Part shown: positions 36,369 through 48,042 of the stretch, one piece after another
How positions within the stretch are numbered: the stretch's first letter is position 1
Layout: every line of letters begins with the position of its first letter
DNA from: Candidatus Parcubacteria bacterium
GTDB taxonomy: Bacteria > Patescibacteriota > Saccharimonadia > UBA4664 > JBIOIQ01
Assembly (NCBI GenBank): GCA_963718875.1
Contig: OY970378.1
Coordinates: forward strand, 669,373-733,372
Length of the DNA stretch: 64,000 bases
Direction of reading: 5' to 3'
Notes under the pieces: model-generated
The model's database searches: none
Told to the model about the DNA's origin: nothing
The model's input: only the letters and a program-made list of their open reading frames with translations
Made by a program: the position numbers and the translations under genes

Positions 36369-39300
36369 TTAAGCAGTTTTCTCATCTGCCGTCAATACTG
36401 GTACTATCTCTGGTTGTATTGACTGAGAGGGTAAATTGCCATCTTCGTCGCGGAAGCCGGTGCCTACGGGGATCAACCGACCAATAATGACGTTCTCTTT
36501 GAGCCCTCTCAAACGGTCAACCTTGCCCCGGATGGCCGCATTAATTAAGACCCGAGTCGTGTCTTGAAAGCTGGCGGCCGACAGGAATGAGTCGCTTGAA
36601 AGTGAGATCTTTGAAACTCCCAACAAAAGCTGTGTATATGTAGCTTGGTCTTTACCGGCTTTTACTAGCTCGCGGTTTTCTTCTTCCACGGCTACGCGAC
36701 TGACAATGTCTCCACTGACATATAGGGTGTTGCCTGGCTCCTCAATCTGAACCCTGGAAAACATTTGGCGAATTACGACTTCGATGTGTTTGTCAGATAT
36801 TGGTTGTCCTTGTGAGGCGTAGATTGATTGCACCTCTGCCACGATGTAACGTTGAACTACCGGCTCTCCTAGCAATTGCTGCATCTCTTGAAGGTTAATC
36901 GAACCTTCGGTCAGTCTTTGACCTACACTTACCAGGTCTCCATTGGAAACTTCCAATGATTGGTAGTTGGGAATTACATATTCATGCTCGTTGCCGCCAG
37001 CATGACTTAGTAGAATCTTGTCTTTTGCGACTTTAACGCTGCCTTCGGCTTTGGCCTTGAGGGCATGTTTCCCATTTGCGTCAGCCGCTAGAATGTCACC
37101 AATATTTACCTTGTCGCCAGATTTAACACTTGGTTTGCGGTCGCCCAACTCATATTCTGTAATTTTTAGGTCGGCCGGTGTAATACGAACGACATGCTTA
37201 CCAGGAGCTTCCTTAATGGTCACAACGCCTGTTGCCTCAGCCAGTACAGCTTGGCCTTTGGGGTTGCGCGCTTCAAATATTTCCTCTACTCGGGGCAAAC
37301 CGGTGGTTATGTCTTCTCCAGCTACTCCACCCTTATGGAAAGTTTTCATGGTCAACTGCGTTCCAGGTTCGCCAATTGATTGGGCAGCAATAACGCCTAC
37401 TGGCTCGCCCATGGCCACTATGGTGCCACGAGCAAGATCGAGGCCATAACATTGCTGACAAATTCCCCAGAAAGTATGACATTTAAGGACGCTGCGTACT
37501 CTTACTGTGTCAACACCGGTTGAATTAATTTGAGCCGCGGCGTCATCGGTAATCATTTCCCCAGCCTTAGCTACGGTTTTCCCGTCAATTTTGACATCTA
37601 CTACCGCAACACGACCTGCAACACGATAAGCAAAGCTTTCGCCAATTGCTTCAGATTCGTGTCGGCTGACAATATTACCCTCGTTGTCGCCACAGTTGAT
37701 TTCGGTAATAATGACATCTTGGGCTACATCGACTAAACGCCTAGTCAGATAGCCTGACTCGGCTGTTTTGAGCGCAGTGTCGGTCAGTCCTTTTCGAGCC
37801 CCGTGTGTAGAGCTAAAGTATTCGAGTACAGTAAAGCCCTCTTTGTAGTTGCTTTTAACAGGCAGCTCAATAGTTCGGCCAGCAGGGTCGGCCACAAGGC
37901 CTAACATTCCGGAAATTTGGTTGGCTTGACTTAAATCACCTCGTGCACCAGAGTCGATAAAGACGTTGGTACTAGTGGGGTTGGCTTGTAGGGCCACATC
38001 AAGCGCAATGGTAATTTTCTTGTTGGCTTCCTTCCAAACATCGACAGTTCGCTCATAACGCTCATTTTCGGTCATGAAACCTTGCTCGTATTGGCGGCTA
38101 ATAGCAACTGCTTGCTTTTCAGACGCATCAATAATGGATTGTTTGTCAGGAGGAATGATGTAGTCGTCCAAACCAATTGAAATTCCTGAAAGTGTGGCAT
38201 GCTTGAAGCCAAGGTCCTTAATGTCATCCACTACACGGGCAGTTACTTCGGTACCTGCAGTAACAAATATGTCTGCTATTAAACGCTGTAAGACTTTCTT
38301 GGTCATAGTGTCGTTATGGAAGCCGAAGTTTTCCGGAATTATTTCGTTAAACAAGATCCGGCCAACAGTCGTTACAAGCATTTCCCCCTCAATCCGGACC
38401 TGGATAGGTGTTTGAAGTGTTATCTGACCTAAATCATGGGTGGTTATAGCTTCATTGGTAGTACTGAAGCGACGCACAGGCTTGTCGAGACCAAACTTAT
38501 CGTAAGTCAGGTAGTAAGCCCCGAGAACCATGTCTTTGGTCGGGTCTACCACTACCGCACCGTCAGCTGGCTTGAGTAAATTCTTAGTAGCAAGCATGAT
38601 TTCGCGAGCTTCGCGTTGGGCTGCATCGCTAAGCGGTACATGCACGGCCATTTGGTCCCCATCGAAGTCCGCATTAAAAGCAGTACACACTAGGGGATGC
38701 AATTGTATTGCCTTCCCTTCGATCAAAATGGGTTGAAAAGCTTGAATTCCGAGACGATGAAGAGTGGGGGCGCGATTTAGTAACACATATTTGTCAGCAA
38801 TTATCTCTTCAAGGGCATCCCATACCTCGTTGCGTCCGCGTTCGATCATGCGCGAAGCACTTTTAACATTGTGTGCTAAATCCTGCTCAATTAGTCGGCC
38901 AATAACAAAAGGCTTAAACAGTTCCAGGGCCATCATTTTTGGTAATCCGCATTGGTATAGCTTGAGATTAGGTCCTGATACAATCACACTCCTCCCCGAG
39001 TAGTCAACCCGCTTACCGAGCAGGTTTTGGCGGAATCGGCCCTGTTTTCCCTTAAGCATGTCGGACAAACTCTTAAGCTTGCGACGAACGCCAGTCGAGC
39101 TAACGGCACGCTCACGGCGAGCATTGTTGTCGATAAGAGCGTCAACGGCTTCCTGCAGCATGCGCTTTTCGTTGCGTTGAATCACCTCTGGGGCATCCAA
39201 GTCAATAAGCCGTTTTAAGCGATTGTTACGGTTGATTACTCGTCGATACAAGTCATTTAAGTCAGAAGCAGCAAAGCGACCACCAGCTAGCTGAACCATA

Positions 39301-40220
39301 GGACGAAGATCCGGTGGAATAACAGGCAATTCGGTTATGACCATCCACTCGGGACGAATATTGGCACTTTTCATACCCTCGAGCATTTTTAAACGTTTAA
39401 AGGTTTTCTTGCGCTTCTGGCCTTGACTATCTTCAGCTTCTTGAGTGAGTGTTTCAACCATGGCATCTAGGTCAACACTCGCGAGTAGCTCCCGTATTGC
39501 TTCAGCTCCGATGCCCGCCGTAAACATTTTGGGATAGCGCGTAGCGAGGTCGCGATAACGACTTTCGCTTAATAGCTGCAACCGGTTAAGCCCTTCTAGC
39601 TCGGTTTTTGTAGCTGCAAAACTGGCATCAAGATCTGTCAACGCTGAGCTTTGTGAAGCCGCTACGGCTTTAATATCGGCTTCAGGTGCGCCTGCTCGCT
39701 CTTCATGGTCTTTGCTAATTTCCGTCCTTTGACTTTGATGCTCACTGATTAGGCTTGCTAGCGCAACACCGCGGGCATCTTCGTTTATATCTGTAACAAT
39801 ATAATTTGCAAAATACGATACCCGCTCAAGATCTCGAATGCTCATATTTAGAATCAAACCAATGCTCGATGGTGTCCCACGTAAGAACCAGATATGACTA
39901 ACCGGGACTGCAAGGGTAATGTGCCCCATGCGCTCGCGGCGAACAATGCTCCTGGTTACTCGGACTCCACATTTATCACAAACCACGTCTTTATAGCGAA
40001 TGCGCTTGTATTTGCCGCAATAGCATTCCCAGTCTTTGGTGGGTCCAAAAATTTTTTCACAAAATAATCCATCTTTTTCTGGCTTTTGAGTGCGATAATT
40101 GATGGTTTCGGGTTTTGTTACCTCGCCATGAGACCAATCTAAAATCTGCTCCGGGGAAGCCAAGCTTAGTCGTACGGCATCAAACTCACTGGTTTGCTGT
40201 TCGAGTAATGCGTCATTCAT
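36369..40220 (-). CDS. rpoC: RNA polymerase subunit beta'
   Basis: [12 protein letters not shown], Zn finger, [12 protein letters not shown]. Confidence 0.99.
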   Translation of the reverse strand: MNDALLEQQTSEFDAVRLSLASPEQILDWSHGEVTKPETINYRTQKPEKDGLFCEKIFGPTKDWECYCGKYKRIRYKDVVCDKCGVRVTRSIVRRERMGHITLAVPVSHIWFLRGTPSSIGLILNMSIRDLERVSYFANYIVTDINEDARGVALASLISEHQSQRTEISKDHEERAGAPEADIKAVAASQSSALTDLDASFAATKTELEGLNRLQLLSESRYRDLATRYPKMFTAGIGAEAIRELLASVDLDAMVETLTQEAEDSQGQKRKKTFKRLKMLEGMKSANIRPEWMVITELPVIPPDLRPMVQLAGGRFAASDLNDLYRRVINRNNRLKRLIDLDAPEVIQRNEKRMLQEAVDALIDNNARRERAVSSTGVRRKLKSLSDMLKGKQGRFRQNLLGKRVDYSGRSVIVSGPNLKLYQCGLPKMMALELFKPFVIGRLIEQDLAHNVKSASRMIERGRNEVWDALEEIIADKYVLLNRAPTLHRLGIQAFQPILIEGKAIQLHPLVCTAFNADFDGDQMAVHVPLSDAAQREAREIMLATKNLLKPADGAVVVDPTKDMVLGAYYLTYDKFGLDKPVRRFSTTNEAITTHDLGQITLQTPIQVRIEGEMLVTTVGRILFNEIIPENFGFHNDTMTKKVLQRLIADIFVTAGTEVTARVVDDIKDLGFKHATLSGISIGLDDYIIPPDKQSIIDASEKQAVAISRQYEQGFMTENERYERTVDVWKEANKKITIALDVALQANPTSTNVFIDSGARGDLSQANQISGMLGLVADPAGRTIELPVKSNYKEGFTVLEYFSSTHGARKGLTDTALKTAESGYLTRRLVDVAQDVIITEINCGDNEGNIVSRHESEAIGESFAYRVAGRVAVVDVKIDGKTVAKAGEMITDDAAAQINSTGVDTVRVRSVLKCHTFWGICQQCYGLDLARGTIVAMGEPVGVIAAQSIGEPGTQLTMKTFHKGGVAGEDITTGLPRVEEIFEARNPKGQAVLAEATGVVTIKEAPGKHVVRITPADLKITEYELGDRKPSVKSGDKVNIGDILAADANGKHALKAKAEGSVKVAKDKILLSHAGGNEHEYVIPNYQSLEVSNGDLVSVGQRLTEGSINLQEMQQLLGEPVVQRYIVAEVQSIYASQGQPISDKHIEVVIRQMFSRVQIEEPGNTLYVSGDIVSRVAVEEENRELVKAGKDQATYTQLLLGVSKISLSSDSFLSAASFQDTTRVLINAAIRGKVDRLRGLKENVIIGRLIPVGTGFRDEDGNLPSQSIQPEIVPVLTADEKTA

Positions 40221-40222
40221 TT

Positions 40223-43200
40223 TTATACTTCCTCCTCTTGCATAGCTGATGGGTTGGTTGTTTCGTTCACTTCACTTAATACTTCGAATTGGTTTTCTTC
40301 ACCAGCCGCTAGGTCTACTAGAGGCATGTCGGAAACTGCGTCACCTATAACCAGTGGTTCAGATCCCAGAGAATCAACATCAGCTTCGAGTTCGCTTGCA
40401 ATGAGGTCCTCAGCGTCTACTTCCAACTCTGTGTCGGCAAATTCCTTGATCAACTCTACGCCTAGACCTAAACTCTGAAGCTCTTTGACTAAAACATTGA
40501 ATGATTCTGGAATGCGGGGGCCTCTAATTTGCTCGTTTTTGATGATAGCCTCGTAGGCTTTGGAGCGGCCGACTACGTCATCTGATTTAATTGTTAGGAT
40601 TTCTTGTAAAGTATTGGCCGCACCATAGGCTTCTAGCGCCCAAACTTCCATTTCTCCAAATCGCTGTCCGCCCATCTGGGCTTTACCGCCTAATGGCTGT
40701 TGAGTAACCATGGCGTATGGGCCTGTAGAACGAGCGTGGATTTTGTCGTCCACCATATGATGAAGCTTAAGCATGTACTTATATCCAACAGTCGTTCGTT
40801 CCTGGAAAGGTTCACCCGTCAAACCATCAAACAATTGGACCTTGCCGTCTTCAGGTAAATTGGCTTTTTTGAGTTCCGCCTTGATTTGTTCGACGCTTAC
40901 TCCGCCAAAAACCGGACTTGCAACAGTATAACCCAAGGTTTTTGCTGCCCAACCTAGATGGGTCTCAAAAATTTGGCCTATGTTCATACGGGCGCCTACC
41001 CCAAGAGGATTGAGACAGATGTCAACTGGAGTTCCGTCTTCTAGGAATGGCATGTCTTCAACCGGTAAAATTCGAGCAATAACACCTTTATTGCCATGTC
41101 TTCCGGCCATTTTGTCGCCCACGCTGATTTTGCGCATTTGAGCCACCGATACGTGCATCTGCTCAATTACACCTGCAGGTAGCTCATCGCCATTTTCGCG
41201 TGAGAATACTTTTACGCCAACTATCTTACCACTTTCGCCATTTGGCATTCGTAGGCTTGTATCTTTGACGTCGCGAGCCTTTTCGCCAAAGATTGCTCGC
41301 AAAAGTTTTTCTTCACTCGAAAGTTCTTGTTCGCCTTTAGGAGTAATTTTACCGACGAGGATATCACCTGCGCGAACTTCCGCACCTATGCGGATAATGC
41401 CGGTTTCATCTAAGTCTTTTAGGCTTTCTTCCGAGACGTTAGCGATATCGCGAGTTATGACTTCGGCGCCAAGTTTGGTATCACGAACATCTACAGGATA
41501 AGTTTCAATGTGAATTGAAGTGTAGCGGTCGTCTTGGACTAAACGTTGACTAATCACGATGGCATCTTCGTAATTGTAACCGCCCCAGTTCATGAATGCT
41601 ACCAAAACGTTTTGACCCAACGCCAACTCACCATCCTTAGTGCTCATTCCATCAACCAGAACATCACCCTTTTTAACTTGCTCACCGCCGCTTACTACCA
41701 CTTTTTGATGAATGCTGGTACCAACATTGCTACGCACGAAGTTAAGCAATTCGTAAGTCTTCGTTTCTCCCTGCTTGTATGTAACAGTTACTGATTGAGC
41801 GTTAGCGTTGTCTACTACCCCATCATTTTCAGCTAAAATTATTTGACCGGAGTCTTTGGCTACTATGCCTTCCATACCTGTACCTACAACTGGAGCCTCA
41901 GGACGAACCAGAGCCACAGCTTGCTTTTGCATATTGGCACCCATAAGGGCACGACGGGCATAGTCGTGTTCAAGGAAGGGGATCAGAGCGGCTGATACAC
42001 TAACAATTTGGCGACTTGATACATCCATGAATCCCACATTGTTGGCTGACTCTTCTTCGGCTTCTCCTGAGCGTCTCACGGCAACACGATCATCCACAAA
42101 ATAGCCATCATCGTTGATGATAGTGTTAGCTTGAGTGATAACAGCATGTTCTTCGTCAGCTGCATCCAAATAAACAATCTCTTCGGTTACTCTGGCTTTA
42201 ACAGGTATGGTTGGTTTCCCTATTTTTGACAATTTGACGGTTTGAGCGGCTGTAATTTTGTCACCCGGCTTAACAATTTCTTTGCCGCTGGCGTCTTTGA
42301 TAGTAGTACGGGCAATGTGGCCTTCGGCTTTATCAGGCGAAACTTCGTTTAGGACCAGTCTATAGGGGGTTTCAATGAAACCATATTCATTGACTTTGGC
42401 ATAACTTGCAAGATTGGATACCAGACCGATGTTTGGACCTTCGGGTGTTTCGATCGGGCACATACGTCCATAGTGAGTCTTATGTACATCACGTACTTCA
42501 AACCCAGCTCTTTCTCGGCTGAGACCACCTGGTCCCATGGCGTTGAGACGTCGCTTGTGAACTGTTTCAGCTAAGGGATTTATCTGATCCATAAATTGCG
42601 ACAGCTGTGAACTAGCAAAAAACTCTCTTACGCTGGCTACGATAGGACGAACATTAATCAGCTGCCCAGGAGTGACTGTTTGGGTGTCGTAGACACTCAT
42701 ACGGTCCTTGACAATCCGCTCCATTCTGAGTAAACCAACTCGGAACTTAGCTTGGATAAGCTCGCCAACCATTTTTAGGCGGCGATTCGCTAAATTGTCG
42801 ATGTCATCTGGTGTACCTTGAGTGTTATATAGATGAATAATTTCTTTGACGATTTCAACCAAATCTTCGCGTCGCAAAACTCGGTTTTCAAGAATGTTTT
42901 CGATGTCTAAGCCTAGTCGTTTATTGAGCTTATATCGGCCAACTTTGGACAAATCATAGCGCTTGGAATCAAAAAACATTGATTCAATCAAGGCTTTCGA
43001 GTTATCAACCGTAGCTAGATCTCCCGGGCGGATGCGGCGATAGACTTCCATTAGGGCTTCACTCATGGTATGGGCAGGGTCTTTGTCGAGAGTTTCGTTA
43101 ATAAGCTTAATGTCGCCCGTGTCGATCTCTTTAAATAGAGCCTTGATTTCATCGTCGGTACCATAGCCGAACGCTCGGAGTAATGTCGTGATTGGCAGCT

Positions 43201-43750
43201 TACGCTTGCGATCAATTTTTACAGATATGACCCCGTTTGCACTCGTATCCAGCTCGAGCCATGCGCCTCGACTTGGAATAACCTTGGCACCGTAAAGCTC
43301 AAGACCGCTGGCATTGTCGGAAGTAAAAAATACGCCTGGCGAACGTACTAGTTGAGAGACTACTACTCGCTCTACCCCATTAATTACGAACGTTCCTCGC
43401 TCAGTCATCCACGGGTAGTCACCCAAAAATATTTCTTGATCTTTTACTTCGCCGGTCTCTTTATTAACAAGCTGTACAAGCGCTTTTAAAGGTACTTCAT
43501 AAGAGATGTTCTTGGCTTTGGCTTCACGCTCACTATACTTTGGCTCTTCAAAATGAAAGCCTTTAAAATAAAGGGCCAATGTTTTACCGGTAAAGTCCTC
43601 AATTGGACTAACTTCAGCTAATAACTCTTTTAATCCTTCTTGAATAAACCATTCAAATGATTGTGTTTGGATTTCAATTAAGTTTGGAAGTGGCAACACT
43701 TCTATCACAGGATTCAAATACTTACGGCTAGTGGCACCATTTTTGGCCAA
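40223..43750 (-). CDS. rpoB: RNA polymerase subunit beta
   Basis: [32 protein letters not shown]; TTG start at 43750 inferred from GGAG upstream. Confidence 0.98.
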   Translation of the reverse strand: MAKNGATSRKYLNPVIEVLPLPNLIEIQTQSFEWFIQEGLKELLAEVSPIEDFTGKTLALYFKGFHFEEPKYSEREAKAKNISYEVPLKALVQLVNKETGEVKDQEIFLGDYPWMTERGTFVINGVERVVVSQLVRSPGVFFTSDNASGLELYGAKVIPSRGAWLELDTSANGVISVKIDRKRKLPITTLLRAFGYGTDDEIKALFKEIDTGDIKLINETLDKDPAHTMSEALMEVYRRIRPGDLATVDNSKALIESMFFDSKRYDLSKVGRYKLNKRLGLDIENILENRVLRREDLVEIVKEIIHLYNTQGTPDDIDNLANRRLKMVGELIQAKFRVGLLRMERIVKDRMSVYDTQTVTPGQLINVRPIVASVREFFASSQLSQFMDQINPLAETVHKRRLNAMGPGGLSRERAGFEVRDVHKTHYGRMCPIETPEGPNIGLVSNLASYAKVNEYGFIETPYRLVLNEVSPDKAEGHIARTTIKDASGKEIVKPGDKITAAQTVKLSKIGKPTIPVKARVTEEIVYLDAADEEHAVITQANTIINDDGYFVDDRVAVRRSGEAEEESANNVGFMDVSSRQIVSVSAALIPFLEHDYARRALMGANMQKQAVALVRPEAPVVGTGMEGIVAKDSGQIILAENDGVVDNANAQSVTVTYKQGETKTYELLNFVRSNVGTSIHQKVVVSGGEQVKKGDVLVDGMSTKDGELALGQNVLVAFMNWGGYNYEDAIVISQRLVQDDRYTSIHIETYPVDVRDTKLGAEVITRDIANVSEESLKDLDETGIIRIGAEVRAGDILVGKITPKGEQELSSEEKLLRAIFGEKARDVKDTSLRMPNGESGKIVGVKVFSRENGDELPAGVIEQMHVSVAQMRKISVGDKMAGRHGNKGVIARILPVEDMPFLEDGTPVDICLNPLGVGARMNIGQIFETHLGWAAKTLGYTVASPVFGGVSVEQIKAELKKANLPEDGKVQLFDGLTGEPFQERTTVGYKYMLKLHHMVDDKIHARSTGPYAMVTQQPLGGKAQMGGQRFGEMEVWALEAYGAANTLQEILTIKSDDVVGRSKAYEAIIKNEQIRGPRIPESFNVLVKELQSLGLGVELIKEFADTELEVDAEDLIASELEADVDSLGSEPLVIGDAVSDMPLVDLAAGEENQFEVLSEVNETTNPSAMQEEEV

Positions 43751-43986
43751 AATAAACTCCTTTGGTCGTTTTTGAGCATTTAGCAATAGGTGCGCCCGAT
43801 CAACAGTTTATAAATTTGGCTGTCGATAAAGCGCTCAAAGCGCAGCTCAATTTACGTAATAATGTAATATTAAGGAGGTTTTTCTAAATCGTTATAATGG
43901 CAGCTTGCGCTAGAACAAGCTGCTGTACACATAAAACCTAGGGAATTACTCCCTAGTCGATTGATTTAAGCATCCTCTTGGGATCT

Positions 43987-44015
43987 ATTTTGACTCACCT
44001 CCTCAAAACTGTCAA
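43987..44015 (-). promoter_or_regulatory. Promoter for rpoBC
   Basis: TTGACA-17nt-CAAAAT; the ~230-nt leader has hairpins CTAGGGA/TCCCTAG and GCAGCTTG/CAAGCTGC. Confidence 0.6.
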
Positions 44016-44063
44016 GGAGTTTTTACGACTTTGACGCTTTAACATAGATGGGCCGTCAGGTTT

Positions 44064-45341
44064 TTAGGTTTTTGGCTTAAAACTGGTGTAGCTTTTACCG
44101 TATTGGGCTACAGCATAAGATAACAACAACAGTCCCGTGAGGCCAATTACTTTGGTCACACTCAGAGTATCGGCCAGCACGCCGGCGAGTAGAACTGGAG
44201 CGGTGGCTGCCAAATTGATGAGCGTGTAAAGCACCCCAAATACCGTGCCACGCATTTTTTCTTCGCTCATTTCGTGAAGTAAAGTTTGTGCAGACACGCT
44301 TATTATGGCCACTGTGACACCAAGAATAAATAGCATGATGGCTACAATCCGCTCAACCCCAACCTCGCTAGCGAGCGCGTGTCCGCTGAATTGTCTGTAC
44401 AAAAGACCCGTGGCGCCCAACAAGGTTAAGGTAATTCCTGCAATCACTAAGTCCGCTTTAACTAGTTTGGATTTGGGAAAATGTTTAGTAAGCCGACTAA
44501 CACTAAGGACGCCCAACAGCATGCCTAACCCTGCTGGCACCACCAAATAAAGGCTAGAGTCTTGGAGGGGCTGTTTCAAGAGGGCCAGGGAGAGGGCTGG
44601 AGCAAGTGTCAATACAACACTTATAACGGCTTGCACTATCATGAGTTGAATTATGGGGTAGCGTAGATTAGGGTCGCGAAATACAAGTTTACGTCCTGCC
44701 TGGACGTCGTGGAGCGTAACTCGCCAGAGCTGGCGTAAGCTAATGTTGCCGGATTTTTTTCCCCCAAGATTGGGAAGTAAGATTGCCAGTATGGTTGCTA
44801 AGCCAAAAAAGCCGGCTGCTATTAGATACGGCGCTTGAGCTCCAAAAAGCTTGATGACTGGAGCCGAGGCAGAATATCCGATTATGAAGGTTGCATAAAA
44901 AGTTGTCACAAACAACCCGTTGGCTTTTACTAAATTTTTTGCCCGGGAAACAATCGGGATACTAGCCGCTTCAGCCGGAGCAAAGAATTGAGTTGCCGAA
45001 GACATTAAAAAGGCCAGAATCATAACTATAATTAAGTTATGCTCGAATACCAAAAATCCCAACACTACGATTGAGCGGAAAAAATTTGACATTACTAAGA
45101 CTTTGCGCCTATCCCAATGATCAACATAAACGCCAGCCAATGATGACAATAAAACTGCCGGTATACCAAACGAAAGAATAAGCAGCGCTACCGCAATGTT
45201 TGCGAATCTGCCTCCTTGCGTAAGTTCAAATATACGTATGATTAACGCAAAATTAAGTAAATTCTGCGCAATTAGAGACAAAATTTGGGAAGTCCAGAGC
45301 TTTACAAAATTTCGATCCCGTACTACCTCAGTATAACTCAA
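44064..45341 (-). CDS. MFS transporter (H+ antiporter/DHA3-like)
   Basis: About 12 TM helices, AGVYVDHWDRRKV motif A, QFFAPAE. Confidence 0.9.
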   Translation of the reverse strand: MSYTEVVRDRNFVKLWTSQILSLIAQNLLNFALIIRIFELTQGGRFANIAVALLILSFGIPAVLLSSLAGVYVDHWDRRKVLVMSNFFRSIVVLGFLVFEHNLIIVMILAFLMSSATQFFAPAEAASIPIVSRAKNLVKANGLFVTTFYATFIIGYSASAPVIKLFGAQAPYLIAAGFFGLATILAILLPNLGGKKSGNISLRQLWRVTLHDVQAGRKLVFRDPNLRYPIIQLMIVQAVISVVLTLAPALSLALLKQPLQDSSLYLVVPAGLGMLLGVLSVSRLTKHFPKSKLVKADLVIAGITLTLLGATGLLYRQFSGHALASEVGVERIVAIMLFILGVTVAIISVSAQTLLHEMSEEKMRGTVFGVLYTLINLAATAPVLLAGVLADTLSVTKVIGLTGLLLLSYAVAQYGKSYTSFKPKT

Positions 45342-45409
45342 ATTTGAATGGCTCCATTTTTTAGTACTTGCCTATATTACACTAACTATAAGCATTTTCA
45401 CCAAATTAG

Positions 45410-46024
45410 TTATATGTTTTTGCTTGGCTTTCCAGTCATAATGTCATCAATCAATCCATAGGCTTTGGCTTCGCTGGCACTCATGTAGTAGTCGCGATCA
45501 GTATCTTTAGTTACCTTTTCAAGCGGTTGCCCTGTTCGTTCTGACAGTATTTGATCTAGTTTTTGTCTCGAAGCTAAAACTTCACGAGCAGTAATTTCGA
45601 TATCAGATGGCGACCCAGAAAAACCGGCTGATCCTTGATGTATCATAATTTTGGCGTTAGGCAAAGCAAAGCGCTTGCCTTTTGTACCGGCAGCCAGTAA
45701 AACTGCGCCCATACTCATAGCCATTCCGACTACAATAGTTGAAACATTTGGACGGATATAGTTCATGGTGTCAAACATAGCCATTCCCGCATAAACACTC
45801 CCGCCAGGAGAGTTGATGTATAACGAAATATCCTTGTTAGGGTCTTCACTTTCAAGAAACAACATTTGAGCAATAATCAAATTTGCAACCGTCTCGTCGA
45901 TTTCAGTACCGAGAAAAATGATGCGGTCTTTTAGTAATCGAGAATAAATATCGTAAGCTCGCTCACCCATAGATGTTTTTTCAATAACCGTCGGAATCAA
46001 GATTGAATTGTTTGGTCGTGTCAT
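45410..46024 (-). CDS. clpP: ATP-dependent Clp protease proteolytic subunit
   Basis: [30 protein letters not shown]. Confidence 0.98.
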   Translation of the reverse strand: MTRPNNSILIPTVIEKTSMGERAYDIYSRLLKDRIIFLGTEIDETVANLIIAQMLFLESEDPNKDISLYINSPGGSVYAGMAMFDTMNYIRPNVSTIVVGMAMSMGAVLLAAGTKGKRFALPNAKIMIHQGSAGFSGSPSDIEITAREVLASRQKLDQILSERTGQPLEKVTKDTDRDYYMSASEAKAYGLIDDIMTGKPSKNI

Positions 46025-46043
46025 TTTATTTCCTTTTCTACAG

Positions 46044-46085
46044 ATTTATAATAGCACTCTAAAGTACCTGGGTGCTATTATAAAT
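46044..46085. promoter_or_regulatory. CIRCE-like operator overlapping the clpP -10 element
   Basis: ATAGCACTC-N10-GGGTGCTAT inside a perfect 14-bp IR (ATTTATAATAGCAC/GTGCTATTATAAAT). Confidence 0.6.
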
Positions 46086-46132
46086 GGCTATCCTACAAAC
46101 TGATCGTAATTCGATAATTGTCTGTTCATGCT

Positions 46133-47425
46133 CTAGCGTTTCTTAGCATTCTCCGCCACGTAATCCATAATCTTTGCAACAGTCTTACTTGCTAAAAGAT
46201 GGTTGTATATTTCGTCTTTAATTTCGCGACGCTCTAGCTCATCTTGCATTTGAGGATCCTGGTAGTCACTTTTAAGCCTGGCTAGCTCTGAGTTGATGTC
46301 TTCAGCACTAACCGTGATTTGCTCAGCTTTGGCAATTTGATTCAGTATTAATGCTAGTCCAACGCGCCGCTTTGCTGTTGGACGAAGCTCAGAATCTAGC
46401 TCTGTGGCAGTTTTCTTGGACAAGGTTAGGTATTTTTCTAGATCAAGCCCATTGCTAGCCAAACGATCTTCTAGCTCGGATTTAAGTCTAGTGATTTGAG
46501 CGTCTATGAGGCGCGGGGAGGCGCTCCATTTACTTTTATCCACAATCTGGTCAAGGATTGACTGCTCAAATTCTTGCATAGCATGATCATATTTTTCGGC
46601 TTTAATTCGAGCTTCAATATCAGCACGAAGTTCATCAACACTTGTAAGTGTACTTATTGAGGCAACAAAAGCCGCATCTACTGAGGGCAATTGGACTTCA
46701 TTCACTTTATGCAGGTTGACTTTAAACTCTACCTCAGCTCCCGCTAAATCAGACGCCTGATAGTCTTTTGGGAATGTAATTTTGAAGTTTTTAACTTGAC
46801 CCGCGGTGAGCCCGACAATTTTTTCTTCAAATCCTGGAATGAATGCGTTAGACCCCAGAGTGAGTGTGTAGTTCTTGGCTTGTGCGCCCGCAACTGGCTG
46901 ACCACCTTTGGATCCATCAAAATCAATATTAACTTCATCCCCAACCTGAGCAGCTCGTTGAACTTCGCTTTTAGTGGCCATCCGTTTGCGCAAATCTTCA
47001 ATTGTCTGATCTATTTCCGAGGGTTCTACTTTGACCTCCGGCTGGGGTTGGTTAATGGCCTTGTAGTCGAACAGTTTAATGTCTGGCATGATGTCGACTG
47101 TAGCCGTGTATTCTAGCTCAATAAAGGGCACAAATTTGGTCACATTCACTGAGGGAGGGGCAATTACTGCTAAGCCATGTTCGTTCAGGGCATGTGCATA
47201 GCTTTCGGAAATTGCTGCATCAAGAACTTCACTTTGCACTGTAGCATCGCCAAGTTCACGTTCCACTATGTGATCGGGCGCTTTACCTGGACGGAATCCT
47301 GCTACCTTCACTCTGTGCCGAAGTTTTTCAATTGTTGAGGTTTTGATCGATGCCAGGTGAGTATCATCAAGGACTACTGTAAAAGTAGTGTCCGTGTCGG
47401 TAGTTTTAGTTATAGCTGTTTTCAT
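46133..47425 (-). CDS. tig: Trigger factor
   Basis: GFRPGKAP, FIPGFEE FKBP domain; upstream of clpP. Confidence 0.97.
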   Translation of the reverse strand: MKTAITKTTDTDTTFTVVLDDTHLASIKTSTIEKLRHRVKVAGFRPGKAPDHIVERELGDATVQSEVLDAAISESYAHALNEHGLAVIAPPSVNVTKFVPFIELEYTATVDIMPDIKLFDYKAINQPQPEVKVEPSEIDQTIEDLRKRMATKSEVQRAAQVGDEVNIDFDGSKGGQPVAGAQAKNYTLTLGSNAFIPGFEEKIVGLTAGQVKNFKITFPKDYQASDLAGAEVEFKVNLHKVNEVQLPSVDAAFVASISTLTSVDELRADIEARIKAEKYDHAMQEFEQSILDQIVDKSKWSASPRLIDAQITRLKSELEDRLASNGLDLEKYLTLSKKTATELDSELRPTAKRRVGLALILNQIAKAEQITVSAEDINSELARLKSDYQDPQMQDELERREIKDEIYNHLLASKTVAKIMDYVAENAKKR

Positions 47426-48042
47426 AGGTATTGATGTTAACATAAATGAGCCTAAGCGCCAACAAGCGGACTGTCTACTAAAACCGCAACAGCCGAGCTT
47501 TTAGGTAATGTAAACTGACATCCAAGAGTTCTTGGCGGCTTTTTAATGGCTTGTCTCTCTTAATAATACCGGGCAATCATCACAAAGCAGCTCTAAAGGT
47601 ATCAACCATACTCATCCAGTTGTGATGTTTTAGTTAGGTACCGCCAAACTGTTAGTAGTCAAAGTGCTTCGTCGGTAGATATCTTAAAAACGACATAAAG
47701 CACATCAAGTGGTCTTAGGTGGGTCTCTAGAACTAAAAATAAAAAGTACTGACAGCTTGGTGGTACTTAGCTGAATCAAGGTATGTTGGTGGGGCGGTAT
47801 TGGAACTTAAAAAATATGCTGCAAAACATCTGTGGGGTCTACGAGAAAGGTTTATAAAACATTCGTAACTGTGTGGCGATGTTTGACGAACCATAAGCTC
47901 CACTTATGACGACACCGCTTACACCACAAATAATTAATAGTGTCTGGGCCTCGGTATGACCCTACTAATTTTGTTTTAGTGTAATGCGTCAAAAAGCCAG
48001 CCGGGTAGGTAAAGTTTAATAAATGTTCTACTATAAACTGTA

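Noticed and set aside
36369-43750. Inteins or introns in rpoB and rpoC
   Set aside because: Both ORFs are continuous, of normal length, with no splicing motifs
47440-47520. att-like duplicate of the tRNA-Leu 3' end
   Set aside because: No convincing match to TGGTGCGGATGAAAGG found by eye
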